Both the position numbers and the translations under genes were made by a program. Under the pieces are notes generated by a model that saw nothing but the letters and a program-made list of their open reading frames with translations, searched no databases and was not told the DNA's origin. Below are positions 12,126 to 24,950 of a stretch of 64,000 nt of DNA, one piece after another; position 1 is the stretch's first letter, and every line of letters begins with the position of its first letter. This DNA is from Psilocybe cubensis (taxonomy: Eukaryota). The stretch is taken from the NCBI GenBank assembly GCA_017499595.2, contig CM039009.1:124001-188000 (forward strand), in the 5' to 3' direction.

Positions 12126-15100
12126 ATGGCTGCAGTTGGTCCTGGCGGGCTACCCATAGCGGCAGCGGGGACGCATCCTCTTTCGCTAGGTGCGTCAGGT
12201 CTTTCACTGCTGTTCTGTTTGCTTATGCACGCACCTAGAACCGTCTGAGAACTGGGACGATGATTTTGAGTTTCAACCCGACGCGGCAGGCAACGGGAAC
12301 TCGAGTTCTCGCTCTAAACCCAGCAAGAAGCGACGACACGCACATACGGGCGGCGGAGGGGCGGGTGACATCAGGAAGCTATCTGTGGCGAGCAGCATGC
12401 TGACGGAAGACTGGGATGCGGATCCCGATGGGGAGGTAGATGAGCTCGGAAACATGCTCGCATCATCGTCCATATCGATTTCGAATCTGCAAACCCCAGA
12501 GCGAGGAGGAACTAGGACGCGGAAGAAACAGGCAGAGGTGACGGAGAACTGGGACGACGACTTTGAAGACGCGCTCAATTCTCCAGATAAAGGCGTGCAC
12601 GAGCAGCGACAACGCGGTACTGCTTCTTCATCGCATCCGCTTCCCGGCTCGAACTCGCCGCACTGGGATGACGAGGACGAGCAAGTTCCCGACTCGCGGC
12701 GACTGCAGCGCCCGTTGCAGCCTCTACAGCTCAATCCCCAGCATCAACCCCAAGACGAAGATGATTTCCACGATGATGAATTTGGATTGTTCCCGGACGA
12801 CGAGGAAGACAGGACAGTGACTGCCAAATCGCGTCGAGCCATTGGGGCCACGGCTAGGCGATCACTGCAGCAGCAGCACCAGAATACACCGCCGCCGCCT
12901 GTACCCGCTCTCCCACCCAGCCTCTTCCCCCCTTCTATTTCCCACCCTCACCCGCCGATGCCCCGCTTGAACAGCGCTGCAACCACAGATCGCTCCCGCT
13001 CACCCTCTTCCTCTGTATTTTCAGTCCCCAATACCATAGCTACCGCGCACACCTATTCATCCACCGCACACCTACGTCCCATATCGCCGGCTTCACCTAC
13101 TTCTGCAGCATTTCCGTCTTCCTCACGGACCAACAACGCGCGGAACAACAACCCGTACGGCCACGCTGGCTCTGGCTTTGCCCTACTCCCACCATCTCCA
13201 CCGATACATAAAGAAAGAGAGAGGCGGCGGCTGAGGAAAAAGAGCCGACCGAAACCCGGTCCGAAGGAGGGTATGTTTGAGTTGGTGGATGTGATTGCTA
13301 GCGGAGACGACGCCGCGAGCGTTGCACATTCCCTTGGTGCAGGGCGAAGCTCGCGAGAGAGGTTCGCTGGAATGGGGATGGGGTCTAGGGAAAGGCTGGG
13401 ATACGGAATGAGCTCCAGGGAGCGACTTGGAGTTGGGAGTACAGAGAGTCTTGGTCGAATCGCTTATGATTTGGAAAGACGACGATTTTCGGTAGAGGAG
13501 GAGAGGGAAGAAGGCGTCGAAGAGGTTGACGAAGATCAGGACAATGTGGGGGTCGGCGGTGGTGCTCCCCGATATGATGCATCGCCGCTGTCGGACGTGT
13601 CCTCTACGGCCCAAGGTGGCGCGGGGCCGCACTCATATACCGTGCCTGTGACGCCGACCAAAGGCTCGTCGTCGACTGGAGGCGGAACTGGATTACTGAG
13701 CCGCATCGGAAGTGTGAAGAAATGGGGCGCAGGGGTACGCGCGAGACGGCGCGGAGGAAGTGTTACGCCGGCTGATATCCTTGGTACGTGTTTCCTTTCC
13801 TTTTTATTGGACGATCTTCAGGTTTCTAGTGTTGCGTGAAGAAGTTATTTCCTTATTTATCCACCTTTAAGCGCCCGTTTTGCTTCCAAACACACTGGGA
13901 TTTTTTCAATCTACCTATTTTGTCCATTTTTCTTCATTTGGTATCTTACTTGCCACTTTTACGCATTCAAGTTCTGGGCTCCTTGTTACTTGTCTCTACG
14001 CATTACCTTTTGTGGTATTTGAATAGTCTTATTTGGTACTAATTCATTCTTCTGCATTTTTACCTTTTACAGAATCCCAACCGAACCAGAACGAGCGCAC
14101 ACCGCGCCCCCAATCATCGCTTTCCTCCTTTCACCCTTCCTCACTCTCATCCCACCAGCAACAGCCTTATCCAGCGCCGTTTCCAGCTTCCAACCCCATC
14201 TCCCTCTCGTCGTCACTCACAACGCCCAAAAGCATCGTCAAACCGAAACGACACTCCGCGGGCAATCCTTCGTCGTTGACGACAGGTTCCCCTCCAGGCA
14301 ATTCAGGAACCTGGTTTTTTCGCGCCCCTGGCTCTACTTCGGGAAGCCCTCGGAGGGCGAGCGCCAGCGCTGTTGACGCGTCTACTGCCCGCGCAGGCAT
14401 CATGCGTGGATCAGGAACACCCTCGGCAGGAGGAGGAACCGGGCTGGCGAGAGGATCGAGCACGCGCACGACGGGGAGTACGCGGTCCCAGTCTAGTCGG
14501 GGGCATAGCCGGAGCCGGAGCCGGAGTCGCGCCGGGGCAAGTGCGCGAGCTCCCGGAGGAGGCTCTGGAGGTGGTGGTGGAAATGACGACCTTGCATTTT
14601 TCGAGTCAGGTTCTGGTCCTGCAGGAGGAGTTGCAAGCGCTTTCCAGCTGAGAGGCGCAAATATGAGCAGCGTGGCCAGTGGAACGGGAGCTGGTGCAGG
14701 TACGGCTACACCCAGCAAGCTCATCAAGCGGAAGAGTCTGGGATTCGTCAAACTTGGGATGGGATTCGGCGGTGGAGTATCATCTTCGACGAGCGATGCC
14801 GCGGCGCAGCCACAAACTCCCAGCAAAACTAGATACGATGGGCTTGGTCTCGGCCGTGCAGGTGCAGGCGGGGGTACAGGTACTATTACGGGTGGAGATG
14901 AGAGAGAAGGGATCGAACGGGAGAATCAGCGTCAGCCTGATGTAGGTGAGAGAAGTCGGAGTAAGTCGTTCTCGCGGTTTTTGAAGGACCGTGGAGATGG
15001 TGGTGGTAGTGGGGTTGCAAGCGAGACTCTATGCCCACCGTCTGCAACCGGCTCCAACCCAGTATCATTGACTGCATCGGCTTCAGCCGCGTCCTCGCCG

Positions 15101-18100
15101 TTTGTGCTTGTAGATACCACGCCTAATGCTCCTCAACCTCAGCATCATTCGCGTGCAAAGCTGCCCCCAACGACACCGACTCCTCATTCACACCTTAAGG
15201 ATAAAGAAGGAAGTAGGGGCTTCATGCAGTCCATGCGCAGACTCAGTTTAGTTGGTGCTGCTGTCGGTGTGGGAAGGCACAAGCGGTCGAAGTCGGGCGG
15301 GACGACGCTGGACGAGCACGCAGCGCCATCTGGAGTCGAACAGGACCGACGGGGATCTGTTGTTCCTACTTCCGTTAGTGGAACACCCAGTGTAAATGGG
15401 AACGGGGACAACAATTTTCCTTATTCCCTTCCGCCATTACCTGCTTCCACTAGCCAACTGTCCTTGAGGCTTCCTTCAAACTCAAACTCGTATACGTGGA
15501 GGATGGTATCTAGCTCCAGTCAGAGCCAGAGTCAAACTCAAAGCAGACGCAGCTCAGTCCTTCCCGCATCGTCGACGTCGTCCTTGGTGCGTGCACCCTC
15601 ACTGTCGCGCACACCTTCGTTGTCGCGCACACCGTCACTGGCTAGGGAGCGGAAAGTGGAACGCCACAGTCACCGCGGGGCAGATAAAGAACGAGCTGTC
15701 CCGGGAAGTGCGGGTGGAGGGAGCGCGAGGAGGGGCAGGGCATCTGAAGAGGGTCCACGGCGATCGTCGATTGGCGTTGCTGCAGGGATGGGAAGCGTGG
15801 GTGGTGTGTCAGATGGAAGGGCGAGAGCGAGCTTGGACTTCGATTTCGGGGCACAGATCGTACAGGCTGGGGTGCGAGAACGTGAGAGGCTAGAGAAGGA
15901 GAAGGAGAAGGATATAGACAAAGAGGGTAAGAACATGTCCACAACAATTGCAACAACAACAGCGGCATCGGTAGCACCTACAGTAAGTGTAGGCATGCTC
16001 CTTCCACCCATCGAACTCCAGCCACCCTCGCCACCAGAAACAGTCACACTACCCGCCGCTGCCCGTCGATCAAGGGCAAGCATTGACATGCAGTTGTTCG
16101 AAAACCCAGCGTCCAATATCAACACTCTTGGGTCGGCGTTCTCGTTGGGCGCGCCGAAGACGGCGACGACGACACTTTCACCCACAACATCGACATCCTC
16201 CATTTTCTTTACGCCAAATTCGTCGCCGCATCCACCGGCATCGCCGAGTAAGAATACCGGTGCGGCAGTCAGTGGCAGTGGCAATAAGCTTGCTGTGGGG
16301 TATTCACCGGGGAAATCACCATCAAGACAGTCTGCTTCGCTTGGTCGGGCGACATCGCCTGGTCAAGTTGGTGATGGAGGAACTCCGGGAGGTGCCATTG
16401 GTGATAAAGGAGCGAATGTCAACGGGAATGGGATTGCAGGTCCACCGAGGAGGAACTCATTGGGCGATTTGAAGATCCCTGCTCGTATCAGTCAGGCACA
16501 GGTTGGGTTGAGAAGGGATCTGGGCATGGTGCGAGAGTTTGCGAGTAATGTCGAGCGTACGTTATTTATTTCTGTTATCTCTAACACAACTAAATGCAGT
16601 ATCACCTATAGAGCTTAAGGAGCTCATGGAGAAATACAACACTCTGGTGGCAGAAGTGCAAACTATTCTTGATACTCATGCCCAGCGACACGCGCGGTTG
16701 GCTGTTGAAGCTGCAGCAGTTTCACCGCCTTCTCAACGGGCAACATCCCCCTCTTTCTTCGCCAATTTATCATCTAAAGCCAAGAGCCGAGGTAGATCCA
16801 ACACAAATCCATCGTCTACTCCCCCCAACTTGCAACCCGCCACCACTGCGCCTCCCCCCGACGTGACAACGTCTCAGTTCGCGTACAAGGACATGGCGTC
16901 CGCATTTTACACAATTAATTCGCGGTACAGAATTTCATGGGAATGCGCTGAGCTCCTCATAGAGCTTGGCGGCGGGGGACCGTCGTCCGGTGATTCTGGT
17001 GGACATGCGACTGCTCAGGCCAATTCGCCCCCTCCGACTAGCTCCTCTGTGCCTGTAACGCGGCATATTGATCACGACCCCAACGCCACACCAAATGGGA
17101 AAAGAGGACGCGAACGGGCAATCACGCTCGCTGGCGACGAAGGGAAACCCTCCATTCCAATGTCGCCATCTAGCTCACACGGATTGGCATCCAGTCCTGC
17201 AACAGTAAGTGGTGGGCCACCACCACCACACGCTTCTCCCCCGGCCAACACGTCGTGGCGTGCGTCCACGGGCCGCCACGATCTTAGCCACCGCCAGTTG
17301 GTACTCCTTCGCGAGATGTTGAATAATTCCAACGCCACCGCCGTCGTTGATGCGGAGGAGTCAGATCTATTTATCCCTGAAGACTCAATATCACCTGCAC
17401 GCCAGTCGTCACAAGCTATCAATCGTGATTGGCGATGGGGTGATGCGCGGAACAGTACAATCACGCTGCCTTCGGAGGAGAGCACCGGGCATAGATTTGG
17501 CACTGCACAGCAAAATGCGGATGTGGGAAATCAGCCAACGGTGAACGACAAGGAGAAGGAGAAGAAGCGAGGATTGTTGGGTATGGCCGGGATCAGGGAT
17601 ATGCTCCGGGCGATAAAAAAGAGCCAAACTGAAGTTCAGAGCTTGGCTATGGTTGAGTCTTCAACAGAGAGCCAACAACCAGTGCATTCGGCATTCCATT
17701 CGACAGCGTCGCTGAGTACTCAATCTTCTGCTGGAAGTCGAAGTCGCCATCGGTATGCACATCCTCGTGTTCCGAGTCAGTTACGGCGGCGGGGGAAGAG
17801 CAGTACTGGTCCCGAGTCTGTTCGTTCGACGACAAAAGATCGGAATCCACACCATCAAGACGACCAGTACAGCCCGCCACCGCCGTTCAACCCTCCCATA
17901 AAAGCCTCTCCGCGCCGACCGTCGCTGGCGTCTATCTTTAGAATTGGCAACAAGCATAGACCAGTCAGTGTTACTCATGATTCCTCGGCGACGGATACTG
18001 GGTATGATGGTGATGTTCCTACTCCTACGACTGGAGGCACGGCTACTGGAGAGGAAAGCAGCTCGAATGGTGAAGAAGAAGACTGGGACCGTATGGATTC

Positions 18101-18770
18101 TGCGTCCGATTTGGATGCTGCTGCTCGTGCGCTCGGCATTGATGGATCCGCCACAGTACGTGGTTTGGGTGAAAAAAAGCGTCGAGGTGTAGCGGTGGCG
18201 AAGGGAAGGAGTCCGTACCTCTATCATGATACATATCAGCCACCACTGCCGTTGCCAATTCCCGGCTCCGCGTCTTCTGCAGGGTACTCGCTGGCGCAGT
18301 CACAGTCGCAATCTCAGGCGAATCTCCATACCATCATCCCAAAGCGTTCTTTCATCGTCTCACAGTCTTCGCTGTGGACTAGCGAACATTATCATCAAGG
18401 TTCTCCTCTTGACACATCACATATGCCTTCTCGGACAACGAGACTTTCGAACGTGGAAGAACATAGTGACAATCCAGTTGCACATCCCCGTGTCTCGTCC
18501 CACCCTATTGCTGTGTCTCCTCGTCCTGGATCTTCGCGCTCACACAACCCCCAGTCGGACATCAAAAGCGGTTCGGTGAGATCCATGCCCCCGCAGCTGG
18601 CCGCCTCTTCTACCTTGCCCCTGCCCGGTACTGCTGATATTTCGAGGCTAGCTATGACCCCTGAAAATATCAAACCACTTCTGGAGAACGCAAAAGAAGT
18701 ACACGCGCGTCTTGCAGAATGCATCGACGAGATTCAGAGCTTGCTTCAACGGACCACCCTCGCAGCATGA
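12126..18770 (+). CDS. Large (~2000 aa) Ser/Gly/Pro-rich hypothetical protein, 4 exons
   Basis: ATG 12126. Introns at ~12190-12238, ~13784-14071 and ~16556-16611 join three long ORFs. Repeated ENWDDDFE motifs, plus helical blocks DLKIPARISQAQ..VREFA and LAMTPENIKPLLENAKEV. Confidence 0.8.
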
Positions 18771-19726
18771 TCAATGTTGTATTTTTTGTTCCTTGCTTTT
18801 CAATATCTTGTCTGTGTCATTGCGGTTCCGGTGTATATATCATTTCTTGTTCGTAACTTTACCCAACATTTTCGTTGCTGTCTTCTTGGATGTTTACATC
18901 TTTTTTGTTTCGTTTTGGGCTTCAATTATCCTTTTTTTACCATTGTTATATATTATTTACTCATTTCAACAGCATACTCTTCTTGCCGCATTTCATCGCT
19001 ACTCTTCATTCCAATCTCTGTCTGTTCTATCCTAAAATTATCCTGCTGTCGATTGTTGCTCTGAATTTGATTTATCTTCTTGATCTGCTAGATACCTAAG
19101 AAGGGACGTATTTGGCATTACCTAACTTCAGGGATATTGCGAAAGAATTATTCAGACATAACATTCAAGGAGGCCGTGAATCTCCTGAAATCGTGAATGA
19201 GCGTACCAATGACCTCGTAGACTCGTATACAATTACGAATCCACATCGACATCACTCACAACTCTGGGACTCATTACCACGGTCAAATCTACATCAGTAT
19301 CACTTAATCGACGTCGAGATTGTCCAACATATAGTTCCGATGGGTATGCGAGTACCATTTGTCTTAAAGAATTGAACATTTGTTTTGGGTGGACACGATT
19401 GCTTATAAAGAGTAGTGGTAGCTGAGATCCAGGTTGAAAAAGGGGCGCGCTACGTGGGCACCATCGTCGTATGATAGCACGTGAGTCATGGGATGCGAGG
19501 TGTTGAATTGTGGACATTGTGGACCACTCTGGGGGGTTCTCTATGTACCGTCTGTGACTGTTTCATACGATATAATGCGGGCATAATGGGTCGTGAGTAA
19601 TAAAGATAAGGATGGGAAAATAAAGACGAAAGCGAAATATAAAGCAGTGCAAAGCAATACGTGATTATAAAGTCCAATGATGGGAGATGTATGGAGGAGA
19701 TTGAAAACATAAAGGTTGAATGCTGC

Positions 19727-21003
19727 TTAACTGTTCTGTGCTGCCTTCAACTCTTCCCATGTCGGTAGCTCAAACCACGTAGGCAAACATTTCCATACTT
19801 CTTTCCTCCCTTCGAGATGCCTTGCCTGACAGTATGAAATGCAGTCTTTACAAACATTCATATTATCCCAGCCCTCGTACGCTCTAAGTGGGTGCGCAGA
19901 ACCCAGCCGCTCAATCTCGTGCCACTCCGCATGTGGTCCACGTGAATGCGCACACATGGCAGAGACACATACCGGAGAGCGTTGGAATACGAGCAAGAAA
20001 CGATGTGACAAACTCATCTGTGCCCACTGCAGCCTCTCCCTGCCGATGAGTACAATCATCTTATCCTTCCACGAAATGTCGTCCGGTCTGTCCTTAAGAA
20101 AACGTTTGTGCGGGAAGCGCGACAGGCAGTAGTATGCATAAGGGATAGCTTCTGGAACGTTGGTTTCCCGAGCGAGCTGGATGGCACGCATGATTGTGTC
20201 GGAACGATAGCGGTCTGGGGTGGTGGACAGAGATTTGGCTTCATAGCCTGCGAATGTGCTGGGGAGTTTGGCAAGGAAGAGGGTAATGCAACGCTGGCGA
20301 AGGTAGCGTATCATGTATTTTGTGCTGAGACGCAAGATACCGGTTATGAAGGTGAGGATGGATTCGAGATCTGACTCGACAGTGACGGATTCAAAGTGGC
20401 TAAATCACAATCAACATCAACAGAATGGCGAAAATTAAATAGGACGCACTCAGGGATATATACAGCTCTTAAAAGATCCTCGAAATCCTTCGCACTATCC
20501 TGGAGATGAACTAAGTGGCACCCATCCATGGTTTCCTCCCCTTCGGGCTGTGGCACTGTAAACAGGTCAGAGAAAACCTCGGAGTGATTGGCAAGTATAG
20601 TTTGATGAACACGGAAAAGGGTGTTTTGAACACTGAGCACGATGGATCCATCATAAAGCCAGAACTCTGGGTGGCGCGATGGCTGTATTGTAGGAGAATG
20701 GTTTGGAGTGGGTACATATAGCGTGGGGGGTATCAAATTGTCCTGCAAAATCGAGTCTCCGTCACCGGGAGACAAATCGCCCGTTGCAGACCATATCGTT
20801 GAGCGATGCGACGCGAGGTTTTGGGGGAAATCTGTTGAATGTTCACCGTGGAATGAATGCCTTGATCCTGGTGAAAATTGATCCGTCAACGATGATCTTG
20901 GCCTCGACATCGGTCGTGTGGAAGGACCAGCCACGGCGGGTGCTTGTGGTATACGCTTATCCATCCTCGCAGAACGTTTTGGAGATGAAGAAAGAGAGAC
21001 CAT
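19727..21003 (-). CDS. BTB/POZ-domain protein (agaricomycete type), 2 exons
   Basis: RHPEFWLYDGSIVLSVQNTLFRVHQTILANHSEVFSDLF..LQDSAKDFEDLLRAVY, then LRLSTKY and C-terminal CKDC..GR..VW..LP..F.L..W. Intron ~20400-20449. Confidence 0.88.
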
Positions 21004-22080
21004 CCCTGGGCTCACGGTGGGGTAGAAGCAAGAAAGAGAAAGCCCCTTTCGGGAAATAAATATGGATGGCTTTGCGCTTGTGCCACGCAGGCCGAAGTTC
21101 TAATGCAAGGCAGTCGAAATCAGCCTAAATGGCCCTTCCCAGTTTGCAGCTGCATCGCCTTTGTATTTTTCCCGCAGGATATATCGAAACGTAGTCGCTG
21201 TGGGCACCGACAAAGATGTAATATCGTGCTATTATACTTATCCAACAAGAAATATCAATTTGATTGATGGCTAGCGGTGCCGATTGGCTGCGTGGGATTT
21301 ATATTTAATTACACTTATCCACATAGATCCACATACACCTTTACTTGGAGTTACATCCTCCCGCCGACAATTGGTGGTTGAATGTTGATGCCATGAAAGA
21401 CTCGGACGGTAAAGACTTTTTTCAAAGCTTCATAAAAGATCAAAAACACAAAATCAGTGAAGAATAATCTTTAGTACTCATATCCGAATCACTCTGATTC
21501 TTTTCATTGAAGGAGTCGGCGGCGTGACGCTTTATTTCGTTGCTTTTCACACCCGGGTTCCTTTATCCAAGTGGATGCTATGCCCGCCACCGCTACTAAT
21601 TTAATAATTCTTTCCCTGAGCAAGTTTTTTAAGTTCAACAAGTCGGAAATCTCGGAACAAATTGGTGAGACTCGGACACACAGCGGAACTGTCGCTATTC
21701 TTCATTATCACACTACCTTCAGAGAAGCTCAAATCAACGTGTAGAAGATGTAGTTATTTATTTAGCACATTCTGACTTCATTGTACACGCTGAACATAGG
21801 GGATAAGGGCACAAGTACCGAATACCCTCCCTAACCCGATATTGTTTAGGAATCTCGAATCCGCACACGACTTTTGATCATGGATCCTACTAACCTCAAG
21901 TTTACGTGAAATATATGCTGGCAGCTCTGCCATAGTCGGCGCTTAACAAGGGTACGCTTGTGTAGTAATATACATTGCCACGATTACATTAATACATACG
22001 ACTAGAAATGACATTCTCAACTGTACAGTTAAAAACTTGACTCGGTAGACTTGGGGACATGGCGTGTAATTTAATACTGA

Positions 22081-23514
22081 TCAAGCAAAGTCATCTGCAT
22101 TCGGACGTCTCCATGAAATATCCACGTCTTTGAAACCGTTAATCTCTCCCGACTGATCAGCATTGTCGACCATATCAAATGTTTCTACCATTGTTTCCCG
22201 CATATGCTCAACGTCCAAGTCGCATAAGTATTGTCTGACTATAGATCCTTTCAAATAGTCCGCAGGCCTACGTGAATGTCGAAACTGCCTATATTCGAGA
22301 TCAAAGTTAGGAATGGCCATGATTATCGGATCGCCTAGGACGTCTGGTAATTGAACACAATCTCGCGAGTAGTGGTCGTGATATACCGAAAGATAATTGA
22401 TCCTGCATTTCGAGTGTTTGATGAATGGTATCAACCGCTCGTACAACGAATGCAAAGACACCTTTACTACTTCGAGGTACCGGAGGTTGGGGAAACTGAA
22501 ATAACTTAATACATTTGCCTGAAGATTGCACAATCTTAAGGCTAGAACCCTCAAGTACGGCCGATTTGCTCGTTTGATTTCCTTATCATTAAGGTGTCGA
22601 GGACGTGTTAAATATTTGTCAAAATATGATTCAAGGCGAATAACCTCAGCCACCTCCAGCATATTGATAATATGGATGGCGTCCAGGTAGGAAATAAAAC
22701 TTTTTTCGATAGTCAAGGTACGAATTTGATGTCGAATCTGTCTCGAATCTGGAAGAATCACCATTCCGGTTCGGCTCACGATATGGAGGTGGCGCAGAGA
22801 TGGAAACCTCCCGCACCAAATGCGTAGGTCCAGGTCAATCGACAGGGGGTTATTCAGGATATTCTCTCTGTGACGGTCGGCATTCAATATCAGAGTATCC
22901 AACCCGGACAGGGAATTTCTTGGATCCTTTATAAGCGCTTCATGGAAGTATTTAAGCATATCCCGGCAAACAAACCGGATAGCTAGCGACTTGACACGGG
23001 ATTGTACCTCGGGGGAAAAACACAGATCGATGTAATGTGCCACCTCTGGGCGGAAGGGAAGAAATGGGCCGCTTTGTACATAGTTGGGATCCAAAACCAA
23101 GGATAGAGGACTTGAGTGGCCAGCCAATACGATGCGTAGTTTTGTGCTCTCTATTCTCCTCTTTTCTTGAAAATCTTCTATGTATCCAGCGTGATCAAAG
23201 GCGATACGGAGGTTGGGTCTCATTAGAATAGTGGTCCAAAGACCAGGAAGTGCTGAAGTAATGTGGTACCACCGACGGCACACGTAGCGCACACCAAAAA
23301 GAATAGGATGGTAAATCTCTCCTTTTTCGTAAACCAGTGTACTGGAGTATTGTATCGCATCTTTACAGATCTCGTCGTAGTCTTCGATTAAAATGCCGAA
23401 AATGATCGAAAGAACTTCAGTTGGAAGGGAAGTTATTCGACATAACCGGGTCCCAACGGCACTGGTGGCTTCTAGTGGGTTATGGCTCTGGTAATTTAGA
23501 TGGAGCAGGACCAT
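22081..23514 (-). CDS. F-box protein with LRR-like C-terminus, single exon
   Basis: ITSLPTEVLSIIF..VCRRWYHITSALPGLWT, followed by FPSLRHLHI and FPNLRYLEV repeats. Confidence 0.85.
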   Translation of the reverse strand: MVLLHLNYQSHNPLEATSAVGTRLCRITSLPTEVLSIIFGILIEDYDEICKDAIQYSSTLVYEKGEIYHPILFGVRYVCRRWYHITSALPGLWTTILMRPNLRIAFDHAGYIEDFQEKRRIESTKLRIVLAGHSSPLSLVLDPNYVQSGPFLPFRPEVAHYIDLCFSPEVQSRVKSLAIRFVCRDMLKYFHEALIKDPRNSLSGLDTLILNADRHRENILNNPLSIDLDLRIWCGRFPSLRHLHIVSRTGMVILPDSRQIRHQIRTLTIEKSFISYLDAIHIINMLEVAEVIRLESYFDKYLTRPRHLNDKEIKRANRPYLRVLALRLCNLQANVLSYFSFPNLRYLEVVKVSLHSLYERLIPFIKHSKCRINYLSVYHDHYSRDCVQLPDVLGDPIIMAIPNFDLEYRQFRHSRRPADYLKGSIVRQYLCDLDVEHMRETMVETFDMVDNADQSGEINGFKDVDISWRRPNADDFA

Positions 23515-23765
23515 GACAATGTAGACACTAAGTAGCGGGCACTGTCAAGAGAGATCAATCAAAATGTATTCATTACTACCCGTGTAGGCATTTTATACAG
23601 TAATGAAGGTGCCTCATTTGTTGATAATTAGTTGTGGTGGCCCAGTCATGGTGGCCCAATCGATCACTTGAAGAATATGGAATCCGAACAAGGTGCCTAT
23701 TGGCACCAAACATGAAATGCCGATGATGGGCTAGTGTGCCGCTTAGATGCTCCCAAATCTTTTTA

Positions 23766-24176
23766 CAGCTACTTTCATATCGATAGACCTAAAATGAAAA
23801 TATACACATACAGGCGGACTTTAAACCTGTTGTAAACGAGTCATTTCGGCTATGTTTCTATTTTGAGCTGTTTTGAACAGTGGCACGATCTTCAACGATG
23901 TGTTGACATATTGCCAAAGTCGAGAAATAAATGGCCTTAAAAATGTCTTTGGAGTGCAATCTGAATGACACAAAACCTAACACCATAGCGTCACCCTATA
24001 ATCGACTCTGAAAAAATTATATCTTCCCCTAAACTTTTACGTGTTGTGTTCTATATATATACCCGCCGAATATCTTGGCATATTGCCGGACTCAAATCCA
24101 AGCTCCGCTAATTGAAATTTCATTCTCCGTGTATGTGTAAATTTTCATTTTAGGCCTATCGATATGAAAGTAGCTG
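23766..24176. mobile_element. Tc1/mariner-like MITE (411 bp)
   Basis: ~47-bp TIR CAGCTACTTTCATATCGATAG.. with 2 mismatches, flanked by TA on both sides. Confidence 0.8.
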
Positions 24177-24950
24177 TAAGTGGCTTTCCAGTGAAAATTG
24201 ACAATCAACAAGCAAGGCAAATCTCTCCCCGTTTTGTTTATTTTTGTGTCAACTTCCCGTTGGGGATACCCACCCATATACACAGCGAGCCATTTTTTTA
24301 CTTACTCATTAGAGATGGAAAACCTGGCCAATCCATGAAGCTGTCGAGTCAGATTTACAGACAAAGATCTACATTTCCACCCTAAACCTTGCACTTAGTT
24401 TCTCCCACATTACCAATGTTCCCAACATCCCAATCCAACTAACCAAAACGGCCAGTACTGTGACAACCACAATCCTGTTCACCCCAGATCCCATCCGCTC
24501 CGTATAATAAACCCCGACCAGTACCGGTATCATGTTGACATCATAAAAAGTGCGGGTAGATTACAAAGCATTGTAAACCCAATTAAATATTTTTTTATTC
24601 GAAATTCTCACACTGCGTTACAACCCTCTTGAAATGTTGTGAGAAACCGGAAATATTGCAGTGTGAATAAATTAATTTGAGGTTTACAATATTTTTGGGT
24701 ATTGCAATATGAAAGAATAAGCGGCTAGTTTATAATCTCAACAAATTACTGTATGAGATGACAAGGAATCAAGAGCGTTATAAAACATTGCGAGAATTTA
24801 TTGGGTTTCTCAATGATAAGGAGGATTGAATGGGATTTTGAGGCACCCAGCAGATTATAATAGAACAAATTTATTTATTCAGTAATAAAAGTACAGGCAT
24901 GGTATGTAAAGCAGGGCAGAGCAGAGCAATAATTACAGCAATGAGAGACA

